Of a stretch of DNA of 64,000 nucleotides, positions 13,869 to 25,700 are shown in pieces. Source of the stretch: Lepidodermella squamata. Lineage: Eukaryota; Animalia; Gastrotricha. A program made the translations under genes and the position numbers. Under the pieces are notes generated by a model, which saw nothing but the letters and a program-made list of their open reading frames with translations, was not told the origin of the DNA and made no database searches. Position 1 is the stretch's first letter. The number at the start of each line of letters is the position of its first letter. Where the stretch lies: the NCBI GenBank assembly GCA_047495785.1, contig JBLDXI010000007.1:2480001-2544000 (forward strand). Direction: 5' to 3'.

Positions 13869-14282
13869 GACATATGGTTACATATTCATAATTATAATGT
13901 TTTCGATCCTCACTAATTTTAAATTGGCGAATGATATAACATCAACTTGGTGATGAAAACTACTCCGTAGCCACGAGTCTATAGACTTTTGATGTAAAAT
14001 TGTCAATCTTCTAAGTCTTCGAATTTTCAGTTTATTATGCGTTATCTTATTTGCATATGTGACTGGGCCTAGGTGCAACCGGCGGCAACTCACTTCTGTT
14101 TTTCTACGACAACCTGTGTCCGCCTTGTAAAAATATATAAAGCCGCGACTACCGAGCCCTAGTCAGAGGCTGAGTTATAATATTATAGCGACTTGTATGT
14201 TCTAAGTTTCCGAGGACTCTATATTCTGGCCGTCCGGGGCTTCCGCTATACTGGGAGTGCGTGGGATAATCGAAAAGTCCCG

Positions 14283-14889
14283 AGGACTTGAGAAAAATCT
14301 CTATCTCTATAAAATTAGATATCGCAGTCGGTCCAACTGCGAGTGAGTGCGATGACTCTCAGACTCTAAGCTTTAAGAGCTTTATGTGTGAGTACGATGA
14401 CCCACGAGTGAGCACGATGACTCAATAAATCTACAGCTATTTGAGTAACTGAAATTCAGAAACTAAGTTTTCTGCGGTTTTCGGTCCCTTATATAGGCCT
14501 CTCGGTCGTGTAAGCTCCACCCCCGCGCGATAGCCACCGCTACGCTCTGACCGTTCACGGTCATGACCTCGCGCACTATAATAATGCGCAGTTTTATTGC
14601 ACCTACAATAGCAATAATTTTATTTGCTTAGCCAATAAAAGTCGGCCCTCACCCAGTGGGCGGAGCTCAGACGGTCTATATAAGGGACCGAAAACCGCAG
14701 AAAACTTAGTTTCTGAATTTCAGTTACTCAAATAGCTGTAGATTTATTGAGTCATCGTGCTCACTCGTGGGTCATCGTACTCACACATAAAGCTCTTAAA
14801 GCTTAGAGTCTGAGAGTCATCGCACTCACTCGCAGTTGGACCGACTGCGATATCTAATTTTATAGAGATAGAGATTTTTCTCAAGTCCT
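14283..14889. repeat. Long inverted repeat: 214-bp arms (14283-14496, 14676-14889) with 179-bp spacer
   Basis: Arms read as exact reverse complements by eye. Confidence 0.9.
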
Positions 14890-16524
14890 GGGGAATTTTC
14901 GATTTACAATGCAACGTAGCAGTCAGGTGAGCGGGGACTTGGAATTCTCTTAGAATAACCCTGAGTGCCCATATCGGCATTTACTAGCTGGAGATAGCAT
15001 TGTTTCGCGAAATATGGACCGGTTCCTGATTGTGGTCATGGGCATGCATCTTTAATAAATGTAAGTATATAGTAGCAAGGAAAGGAAAGGACAATGAAAA
15101 GTGAAAAGGCGGTTATTCACTTCGTTACGTTCATGTTCAGGATGAAATAAAAATAACTTTCAACTTAAAAAAGTGCAATATCGCAATATCTCCTTGTAAT
15201 GCCTGTTATTGCATCCATGCAATATTACATTTTATTATATAGGTGTTGCAGTTGAGTTTTGAAACTTATATAGGTAAGTAATTGCGATGAGTCATTTGAT
15301 TTGCCCTTATCGCTGTAACGTACCTCGGCCTTAGTCTCGCCATCTCTATCTACTGAATATATGGTGCAGAAAGAGTTTCCGTGTGGAAAATCCTCGGGAC
15401 TTCGCTAGACATATAGCTCTAGTCTCTATAACTCGGTCGCTCATTAGGCCGCGGTAGTTCCGGCCGTGATGAGGTAGCGTTAGGTTGTCGCACGTGTGTG
15501 CCAGAAATATTGTATATTAGCCTAAAGTGCTCCCTTCTATAGCCGGAACTTTAGATATAGCGCAATTATATAGTGGGACTCATTCGCCTACTCGCAACCC
15601 ACATCCCTAGGAACAACCGTACGTTCCCCCGTCTCTGGTTGCTAACCCGAAAGGGGTAGCGTCCAGCCAATCAGACGTATGGTACGTATTATAGGTACGC
15701 TGTGTTGCGCACACACGAGTTCTACCATATCGCGTTTATCGTGAAATTCGAGTATTAGCCAATTTGGCGCGTTTTTCATCAAATATCCTTTTAAATACGA
15801 GGGTGATGTATTTATTTTTTTCAGAATTCTGAATGGTTAGGGTCTGTTTCAACTGGTTGAGGAAAAACTGCTGCGTTTCACTGGTTGGTTTTTTCTTGAA
15901 ACGAGATTTTGTAGGAAAATTTGGGCTTTTGGCCAGATTTGCGGGGTTTTCAATTAATATCTTTTTAATTTCGAGGATTATATAGTTATTTTCTTCAGAA
16001 TTTTGAATAGTTGGGGCCTGGTTCAACTGGTTTACAAAGAATTTCTAGATTTTACTGGCTGGATTTTTCTTAAAGCGAGAGTTTATACGAAAATTTTGAC
16101 TCCACGCGATGTTCGAATTCGTCTTTCAGCCGCTAAATTATTACTATTTCATATTTGAATGAAAATTCACTCTATTGAAAAGATGACAGGCACTGAAGAG
16201 AACAATCGACGAGAAAATGACATGGTTTTAACCTATGGTTCATGTTCTCCTGAGAATTAAGACAACAAGGTGAGATTTTCAGTATTCAAATTGGAATCGG
16301 TGTAGCTAAGTGATTTCGTGGATGACTACTACATTCTTCCACTGAATATCAGTGCCAAGGACCTGTCAAATGGAACTAAAGGTTGATCATTAACAATTGC
16401 TGGCTAAATTCTTCCGAATGAACAGAAAATGCCGTTGAATGTGTAAAAATTTCTCCTGTTTTACAGAAATAATGTGGCGATTGTAAATAATCTAGCCACA
16501 AGAATTTCTTTATAACCCAACATA

Positions 16525-16903
16525 CCGTATTTTACGAATTATAAGACCCTGCCCTGTATTTTTTTTAAACAAGGTTCATGTCCTGCCCTGTATTTAGGGT
16601 CTGCCCTTTATTTCGGCTCTGCCCTTTATTTTTTCGAACCTAATCAGTCACCTGAAGAGTACCTAGATCAACAGTCAAAACCGCCGAATAACCACTATAG
16701 CTACTGCCTTCCACCTGTGACTACACGGGTTAAGTGTTTGCTCAAGAGGATTAAGGTGGATAAAGGGCGATTTGTGCACTCACTGACGAAAAATCTCAAC
16801 CTATCCAACTCTAACCACTCACCCAGCAGGTGCTCATGTAAGCCACTTCATACAAGGCCCTGCCTATTAATACGGTTCTGCCCTTTATTGTTTCAAATGA
16901 CCA
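16525..16903. mobile_element. 3'-truncated pogo-type MITE, same family as 42058-42513
   Basis: Starts TA-CCGTATTTTACGAATTATAAGACCCTGCCC; colinear with 42058-42445. Confidence 0.8.
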
Positions 16904-17972
16904 TTCAATAATCAATCGTCTGGCCCTCGACTTCGATTCTAAGTGGAAAAATTGCATAATCATCCACGAAATTAACATATTACACCGATTCATTAGTAAT
17001 TACTGACAAACTTGAATTTCAATCATTTTTGAGGAGGAGAACAGGTCATCGATTGGAACTAAGTCATCTCAGCGTTAATTGGTCCATTCAGTGCCACTTA
17101 TCCTTTCAACATGAGTGAACTTTCATCCTAAGATGGAATACTAATTAATTAGCATTGCGAGCATCAAGCCAAGTCAGGTTTTCCATCAAAAAACTGTTTT
17201 TCCGAAAAAACCAGCCAGCAGAAAATGAGCGAATCTCAGGCCGACTTTTAATGAAGGGCTATGGCATACGATGGCCTGATAAAATACCAGCATCATCCAC
17301 GAAAATCTAAAAAGATTTCAAAAAAACTAAACCAAATTCGTTAGGGCTCGAAGTAAAAAAGTGGTACAGTAGTACTCTTATGTGTGCGTAGTATATTCAT
17401 GAACAGAACGCGCGCTTTGGCGCAGCGCATAATAGCATAAATGTTAGCGCGCGCAATATAATACAATAAAATGTATGGTCAATCAAAGGCAGTTATTATG
17501 CCGCAATACCGACATGGTATTTCCCCTGAAAATTAGCTTGCAGGTGTACGCATAAAGCAGGGATCACATGTTATTCAGTCACTTTCCGACTAACCTAAGG
17601 TGAATTTAATCTGTTAGCATACTTGAGATGGTGTCTAGAGTCTAAGAAGGGTGTCAGCGGGCGGCTTAAGGTGTTTGAGAGCTAATCGCTTGAACCGTGC
17701 GGTGATGAAACGAGTGCGGCCATTATCAACACCCAAAGCTAGTATTAAGAGTGATTTTGTGGCAATTATTCAGGTGCGGCCTTTATTCGGGTAGCGGTCT
17801 TTATTCGGCTTTTATTACAGTATATTCGAAGCGGGCTATTATTTATTTTTAAATGCTCAAACTAGCCGAAAATTTCGGGCTTTTATTCGAGGGAGGCTAT
17901 TAATCGATAAAATACCGTAACAGATTTGGGTTTAATTATAATCCTTGTTTAGTAGAAAGTAGAAGGATGAAT

Positions 17973-19094
17973 TCATTGAAATTTTAGAGTTCCGGCATAG
18001 AACTCGAAAACTGCACGAACCTCCATTTTGAGTTGTTCTTTAATGTACGAATCGTTGATTAGGTCCAGCGCAACACGCTGTTCGTTGTCTTTCAAAACAG
18101 CAATTTCAGAACCAAATCTATCCAACAGTAACCGAATAACGTCGATTTTGCCACCCGTGCAAGCCAAATGCAAAGCCGTTGAACCGCAATTTGTCCTAGC
18201 GTCCCACTGAGCCCCGAATTTTTCTATCAACATCTCCACAACTGAAGCGTGGCCGTCACAGGCAGCACAGTGGAGAGGCGTCCAGCCTGAATTATCCGAC
18301 GCTTCGATATTCGCGTGAAATTTCTCGACTAAAATGCTAAAGACAGAAGGATGACTAAGCGCAAGATGGAGAGGCGTGTAGCCACAGTTGTCCCTAGCCT
18401 CAATATCGGCCCCGAACCTTCCGACCATCATGTCCACTATTGAAGCATGGCCTCGATGAGAAGCCTGGTGTAGTGGCGTGAATCCGTTTCGATCAACACT
18501 GCCAACGCTTGCCGAGAACCTTTCGATGAGCATCTCAGCAACTTGAGCTTGCCCATTGAAAACAGCCCGATGCAAAGGCGTGCAACCCTCGTCGTCAACT
18601 GAATCGACTTCCGCCTTGAATTTTCCTATTAGTAAATCGACAACTGCAGCGTGGCCAAAGAAAGCGGCGTAATTTAGAGGCGTAGCGTCATTTTCATCCA
18701 GCGCTTCGATATTTGCCGCGAACTTGCCAATCAGCAGTTCAACTATCGAAGCGTGGCCTTTGCAAGCCGCGTAGTGCAACGGCGTCCAACCATGAATGTC
18801 AACGCAATCAACTTCTGCTCCGAATTTCGCAATCAGAAGATCAACGATAGCGTCATGTCCGAACTTAGCTGCCTGGTGGAGAGGTGTTTGGCCTCTTTTG
18901 TCGACTGCCTCGACTTTTGACCCGAATTTCCTGATCAGCAAGTCTACAGTCGTTTCGCGACCATTACAAGCGGCATGATGCAAAGCTGTCAATCCATCAC
19001 TATCTGTTTCGTGCACATCAACTCTTGACTGTTCAATGAGACCTTCGACAATATCGTTTTGGCCGTTGATAGCAGCTTGGTGCAATTCTGTCAT
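17973..19094 (-). CDS. Intronless ankyrin-repeat protein (~10 repeats, 373 aa)
   Basis: Regular ~34-aa repeats G.TPLH.AA..GH..IV.LLI.KFGA.V. Confidence 0.92.
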   Translation of the reverse strand: MTELHQAAINGQNDIVEGLIEQSRVDVHETDSDGLTALHHAACNGRETTVDLLIRKFGSKVEAVDKRGQTPLHQAAKFGHDAIVDLLIAKFGAEVDCVDIHGWTPLHYAACKGHASIVELLIGKFAANIEALDENDATPLNYAAFFGHAAVVDLLIGKFKAEVDSVDDEGCTPLHRAVFNGQAQVAEMLIERFSASVGSVDRNGFTPLHQASHRGHASIVDMMVGRFGADIEARDNCGYTPLHLALSHPSVFSILVEKFHANIEASDNSGWTPLHCAACDGHASVVEMLIEKFGAQWDARTNCGSTALHLACTGGKIDVIRLLLDRFGSEIAVLKDNEQRVALDLINDSYIKEQLKMEVRAVFEFYAGTLKFQ

Positions 19095-19843
19095 CCTCTG
19101 TTAATGAATGCATATGAATGCTGGTGAATCAATGATATAGCGTATCAGTGCCTGAAGACTGAAGACAAGCAACTGAAGATAAAAGAAAAGACGGCAGATA
19201 TCTTGTGACACCCTTATCTGCGAAAAACGAGCCGTATTCTTCATTGGCCATCGATCAGACAAAAAAGACGATGACAGATGACACATTATACATGTTTTTG
19301 GGTGCCAACTTTCCTTTAGTCGTTGAATCGCCCTTAGCCCATAGCCCATAGCCCATGGCGATCGAACCAGCGGAACTTGTTGCTGTTGTTGGTGCCATTC
19401 TGATTACTCTGCCCGACAGTTCTGAAGAAAAATTAACGTGTCAAGGGAGGTTGGCACCAACTTGAACGCTGAACACTTTCTGAAGACCAAAGGCAAAATA
19501 CAATACAGTTTTCAATTTCAAAGGTTTACTTGGAGCATCGATCTCTATAAAAGTTGCAGATACTCCAGCTAAGGAAATTGAATGATGTCGAATTTATTAA
19601 AAACAGGGCTCTTACTTTTTATTGAAATCTCAATTTTTCATATCATTGATTGAGCTGGTTGATAAAATGACGGTTTTTTGAAAACTTTTCATCGTGAATC
19701 AGCAAAGTTATTAAAGATTACGTCATTCCGCTTGCCAACTGATTGCGGATATTAAAATACCCGCAACGCAAATGCACACCGCAAACCCCAATCAATTCGT
19801 TTGGAATCTGTGGCACTTTTCGCCAAGTTTTGTTTCGCAAAAT

Positions 19844-21448
19844 ATGATTATTTTGTACTTGGTTGTTTCAGGCATGTTTCTATCGCAGGTATGGAGTCAA
19901 AACTCCTCGAATCAGACTACATTTCTTACACCGCCTGAAATGACCTCTCTCATCATTTCAACATGCAATCTATATCCGACCGCTAACACACCGTCCCTCG
20001 ATGGATCACCGACTATAACAGGGCTAAATGTTAAAGCTGAGCGATTTCTGGCGATTGACGACGTGGCTGAGACATTCACAATCAATGGGGCCGTGTCTCT
20101 AGTTTTGATGGTGCCTTGTTTAACTCAATTACCGACACTTCCCAATTGGTCGCCGTTGTCGTTAGAACTCTGGCAGGAAGATCCAGTTGCTTATTGGAGA
20201 CCTCGAATTGTAAGGGATTGCGTTGGAAAGAAATATTATAGAAGTAATAGTTTTAAATTGAGCTGATATAATTGGAATTCAAATTTTTCATAGTGTGCCC
20301 CTATTTTCGCACACTTATGTGGTATACCTATTTTTCGTACATTATAATTTTGTGGAGTGACTTTGATTTGATTTGATTTCTTCAGTAAATCACAGGTCTT
20401 TCCATGGTGAATCAAATAAAATCAAAGTCTTTGATTATAATTTCCTTATTGGGGACTTTTTCCTTATTTTTCATAAAATTTTCAAACCTAATCCTAAATC
20501 CTAACCCTAACCCTAACCATAAGTTCAATTTAAAAAATTGTGCATAGTAAAAATATATCACATCATTATGGTCACATAGTCACTTTGTTTTTCATATTGG
20601 AAGATGGAAGATGAGTTTGGTTTGACTCATCATGGTTGGAGTTTTAATGATAATTTTGTTGTTTTCCAAAGTTCCATCGTAACAGTCCAGTCAACACCGC
20701 AATGAGCGGTGACGGATTTTCCACTGCATTGATAGTCTTTTTGGGCAATGGATATGTTTACCAGTCAACTTACGGGACATTCACGTCGTTTTGCGACCTG
20801 GACTTCTTCGCCTTTCCGTTTGATCGGCAAAACTGCTCGCTAAACTTTGCTTACATGCAGCCTGCGGAACAGTTTCTAATCATTTCCAAAACTCTAGAGA
20901 TCGACGCAGAGAAATTCATGCCAGACAACTCTATTTGGAAACTAGCTAGTTACGACTCAATTCAGGGCACGCTTAGTATTTTGGAAAAAGATTTCCACAT
21001 ACTAACATATTACTTTGTCATCGACCGTCTGCCTAATTACTACATGCTGAATTTATTCGGACCAAGTCTGATTTTGTGCCTACTTCAACTTGTTGGCTTT
21101 CTAGTACCAGCTGAAGAACCTGATCGCCCGGCTTTCGGAGTAACTGTCATGTTGGCAATGTTCGTACTTCACGATCAAATCGTTTCAAGCCTGCCGAAAT
21201 CTCCGAAGCAAATTGTAGCATCGATTTACGCCTTTTCACAGGTCGTTTTCGGCATGGCTGTAACAATACATTCGGCTGCGATTTGCTTCTGGCTGAGTTA
21301 CTCACCTGATACAGCGCATCGTCTGATCTTGAACAGGAAATTTGAATTCTTTCGGTTTATCGACGGCATCGGTTTTGTTGTAGCTGCTCTAGCGTTGTTT
21401 TTCATTAATTTGATCGCGTTCGCTTTCATTTCCGCAGCTGGTAAATGA
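19844..21448 (+). CDS. Divergent Cys-loop ligand-gated ion channel subunit LGIC-1 (exons 19844-20209, 20672-21448; ~380 aa)
   Basis: Signal peptide; WRPRI|FHRNS loop A joined by phase-0 intron; Cys-loop CDLDFFAFPFDRQNC; four TM helices. Confidence 0.9.
20499..20518. repeat. Short interstitial (CCCTAA)n telomere-like tract in LGIC-1 intron
   Basis: cctaaccctaaccctaacc, preceded by degenerate cctaat/cctaaat units. Confidence 0.5.
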
Positions 21449-22120
21449 TATAACAAATGTGTCAGGACTTCTAACTTCTAACTGAGCATTCTAACTGTGG
21501 TTAGGTTGTTCCATACATCAACGTTGGCTTTTGTCATAACTTATTCTTCTGTTGACTGATGAAGGAATATTTCAGTAAATAGGAAGATGTTGTGAGCTTG
21601 TAACTACCTGAATACAGAATGTATAGTCAGCTGTATTTCCTGGGGGAGCGATCAACGTGATAAGATTCGTCGTGAAATAAACATAAATATATTGCCAATG
21701 TAACGACATCCACTTTGGGGATGTTAGGTCCTGTCCCATTTAACATTGAAGGTATGATTAAAGGCTAAAAATGGTAATCGAACATGAAGCCGCCGGAGTA
21801 GTTTACCTGGAATTTTTCGAGCACGTCTTGAATGTAAGAACATTTCTTGAAACGAGCCAGTGTTTACAGTAACTCCAGGATCCATAATTATGATTGCATC
21901 CTGTTCATAGATCAAAACTCCAAACAAAAATAGTGATGTCTAATTGGTTAATGCCTAGAGGTCCATTTTCAATCTGATACAATGCCAAATCAGTTATGAT
22001 CAATCTTAGCGACAACCAAGTTGCTGGTTTTTCCTAACATCATAATATTGTCAAGTCTAATACACATGTATCATAATCATAAGTGAGATGAGTCGTGAAT
22101 AATCATTGCATCGTGTCATT

Positions 22121-23958
22121 TCAAGGATCGTTGCAATCGTGTCGCTGTGTGCCATCCGGGCAGTCACAAAGCATAGCAGCACATCGTTTTGCCCCGGAGC
22201 AGTCGCAAATTGCTGGAAAACACAACCATTTAAACAAGCTATGTCTATATTAGAGGCAATGTTGGCTTGCGTTTTAGGCAGTCGGGACCCGTTCGCCACT
22301 TGTCGAAGCACGCGCACGTGTTAGGGGCCGAGCACCACCCATTCATAGGGCAAGTAATCGAACCGCAAATTTCTGCAAGGAAGACATTTTTAACATGCAG
22401 AAAGGACATATTCCTAATTCTAGTGGAATTCTGATTGCCAATTTGGAAAACGAATGTTTCGAACTAATGGAATATGCCTGTTTGGTTCCCCTCTATTTCG
22501 CCTCCTCATTCGCAAGTCTAATTGGGCGTGAGACTTGCGAATGATCAGAAAACTGCTCGTAACTCACGATTTTTGCACTCAGGCCCTGTCCAACCAGCGG
22601 GACATTGGCAGGTGTTCCTGGCAACGCAGTAGCCGCGATCGCAATCAGGGTTACAGTTGGCTATGGATTGAAAATAAATAACGAGCGAATTCATACAACT
22701 TTTCTCGGACTTCAATATGACTAACCGATTTGATATACTCTTACATCGATCATATCGATTGACTGGCTATCACCGGTGGCATCAGCGGCTACACCGAAGA
22801 CCATTGGAAAAGCGGTAACATCGGTAACTGGGAAAAAGTTCGGAAACGCTAAGCCATTGATCAGTCGATCGCAAGATGTTGTACTGCAATGCTCATAGAA
22901 AATCTGGGCGCCATAGCGAACGACTATTCCTATTTGAAATCGTCCCTTAAAATAGACATTTTTCTCGTCCACCCAAGTATATTGGGGCACTTCTGTAACA
23001 TTTTTGGGCGTGAGAGATGAGGCGAAAAACAGTGTCTTGTCGTCGCGCTTGTAGCGAAAAGTTGTCCCAACAAAGAATTTCGACGTGTTTGTTGGCGAGC
23101 CAGTTTTCGAATACGTGAAAGTTTTGTTTGAAGTGACTGAAAGTGAAAACTGGCCTTTGCTTTCCATTCCGCTGATTTCGACCGTGACATTGATCGAAAA
23201 GTCAGTCAGATTCCACGGCTTCAAATCAATCGAGTTTTTGTTAGCTTGCGCAACAAACCAATTAAACATACCTGTTTGTTCACCATATAGCCACGTGTGA
23301 ACACGCCATCACTCAGAATACGAACTGCGCCATTTTGCTGTCGAGTTACACTGAGATTCTGCCTCAGGAGCCATTTTGATTCTATGAATATATTATGGCA
23401 AATAAACTGTAGCTCAGCACCAAGTAAAATCACCGATATCCTCGCCGTTGATGTACGAATATTCAGGCACGTAAGAGTCGGGATCACATAGCGGCTTGCC
23501 CACGACTGAGAAACAACGATCTGGTCAATCACTTTGGTTTCTCTGAATTATTTTTTACATTTCGAACAATCAGCGCCTGTGAACCTTGCCAAACAGATAC
23601 AGCGCTGTGATGGGCCTGGGCAGATGCCAGTTCTAGGCGAACAATTCGGCGAGCAAGCAGCTAATAATTATTAAATACCAAAATAAATCGTGATGTAAGA
23701 GGGATTCCCGGCTTTAGCATGGAAAATTGAATTTCAGCGACTTACGCAGGCTGCAGTCGGACCCCGTCCAACCCATGGGACATTGGCAAATTGCCGAAAC
23801 GCAGTTTCCACCGTTTTGGCAAGCTGGATTACAAGCTGTAGATTCATCAGAAAATATTCCATAACTCGTGGCAGGTTTAAGATAATACCTTGAGAGTCTA
23901 TTAAATCTAAAAGGGCCAAGGCTATTGCAAAAGGTAGGAGACAATTTTTCGTAATCAT
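22121..23958 (-). CDS. Secreted EGF-repeat protein: signal peptide, 2 EGF, beta-rich domain, 3 EGF-like (9 exons, ~412 aa)
   Basis: Exons 23958-23889, 23835-23746, 23660-23559, 23520-23434, 23381-23272, 23218-22726, 22660-22568, 22372-22271, 22212-22121 sum to 1239 nt in one open frame; EGF motifs CQNGGNC..CQCPMGWTGSDC and CQCPAGWTGPEC; last intron requires a GC donor. Confidence 0.75.
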
Positions 23959-24303
23959 TATTTCGTCAGGACAATGCGTGCAGCATATGCGCTGGGCTTC
24001 TTGGTGATGGAAAGCGATATCGATCGCACGTGTGCCAATCCCGGCTGCCAATCATTTTCTAGCGATTGCGTCATTTTATTCAATCATTTAAATCAATAAA
24101 ATAAAAACATTATGATTAGGAATGCGAGAACAAATTGGTCCTTACCTTTCCCCGTGATTCCTACGCTGTACAAAATTGGAGGGTGATTACCCCGAATTTA
24201 CTACGAATTTACCCCGACGAACTAAACTAGCTCATGTACATTTTCTGGGCCGACAGAAATATAATACGCGAAAACCGATCGGTATTAAGGAGCTACGCCC
24301 GTG

Positions 24304-25256
24304 GCTCAATTCCGGGCCCATCGTAGTTCCGTCCGGCGCGCGCGCGTCGGTTGCGCAATTGGAGGGTAAAAGTGGACTTGCGCAAAACGCTAAGTCGAAA
24401 TTCTGATGAATTTCAACGTCGCGTGCGCTGATGTCAAAGGGCTACTTTTGAATATCTCGGCGGTTTTTATACCAAAAAATAATTCAAATAATTTTCTATC
24501 GATTGAAAATGGTTTCTCGCGCGAAAACTAAAATAAAGAAGGTTTCCGCGCGTCTTTACTTTTGAGAAGCGAGTGCGCCCGCTCATAAACTGGCGCGCAA
24601 AATCTAAGGTGCGCGTAAAACTTTTTTAGTTTAATTTTTTCGCGCGAGAACCCCATATTCAATCGATAGAGAATTGTCTGAATTATTATTTGGTAAAAAA
24701 AACCGCCGAGATATTCAAAAGTAGCGTTTTGACATCAGCGCACGCGGTATTAAATATGTTAAAAATCGATGAAACTGATGCGCGTGAGCCAAGTTCTGAT
24801 TTTTAACGAATTATTTACCGCGCGCGAAGATGCTAAAGGATTACTTTCAAATTTCACGTCGGTTTTTTTACCAAATAATAATTCAGACAATTCTCTATCG
24901 ATTGAATATGGGGTTCTCGCGCGAAAAATTAAACTAAATGAGTTTAACGCGCACCTTAGATTTCGCGCGCCAGTTTATGAGCGGGCGCACTCGCTTCTCA
25001 ATACTTGAGATACACGTAAAAATTATTTTCCTTAATTTTATCACGCTAGAAGCATATATCATTTGATAGAGAATTGCCTCCATTTTGGAGTAAAAACCGC
25101 CCAAAAAATCTAAACTAGTTTTTTGACATTAGCGCGCGCGGCTCTGGATTTGATGAAAATTTCGGCTTAGCGTTTTGCGCAAGTCCACTTTTACCCTCCA
25201 ATTGCGCAACCGACGCGCGCGCGCCGGACGGAACTACGATGGGCCGGGAATTGAGC
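24304..25256. mobile_element. Mutator/foldback-like non-autonomous element with 9-bp TSD
   Basis: ~100-bp near-perfect TIRs (GCTCAATTCC..GCCCATCGTAGTTCCGTCCGG...), ACGCCCGTG duplicated at 24295-24303 and 25257-25265, internal inverted ~170-bp repeats. Confidence 0.9.
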
Positions 25257-25700
25257 ACGCCCGTGCTTGTTTCAAGTTGAGCCCGAAGTCGCGTGCTGAT
25301 TGGCCGTGCTGATTAAGCTAAAAACTAGCTTCGCTTGGCAGAAAAGCAGAGCAGAAAAGAGATCTATCTCAGGCTATTAAAAAAGGCCGCTATTGCCCTA
25401 TCTAACAGTAAAATTTACAGCGAGACAGTTTACATTCAAATTTACACTGTTTAACTTCAAGCAATCTGAATGGTTTTGAGCTTCGCTTAGATATTGATTG
25501 ACGCCTTTCCATGGAAACCGGCATTGCAATCGATCAGTAATTTGAATTTGAAGGTTCGAAACTTCCAAATACTCGATCCTCGCATGTTTGCGGAACAGGA
25601 TATAAGGATGTCTCGCATCGATCAGCGCATAGCACACGTAACTGCCACATGCTCTTTTAATTTGCAGATTCATTCGTTCCAGATTCATTTAACTAGCACA

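Larger units (their letters stand above)
9405..17511. mobile_element. Putative ~8.1 kb degenerate DNA transposon with ~90-bp TIRs, inserted into a pogo/Tc1-type MITE
   Basis: 9405-9494 is the near-perfect reverse complement of 17426-17511; ACAT on both flanks; outer MITE halves at 9262-9404 and 17512-17820. Confidence 0.6.

Noticed and set aside
8213-16993. Numerous short ORFs in the repeat-rich region
   Set aside because: They overlap MITEs/palindromes and have no recognisable domains or splice support; only 11268-11639 may be a decayed element gene
20499-20518. Chromosome end or fusion site
   Set aside because: Only about three CCCTAA units, inside an intron
22721-23269. Stand-alone 182-aa ORF
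   Set aside because: Its start and stop both fall in predicted introns; it is exon 6 of the EGF gene
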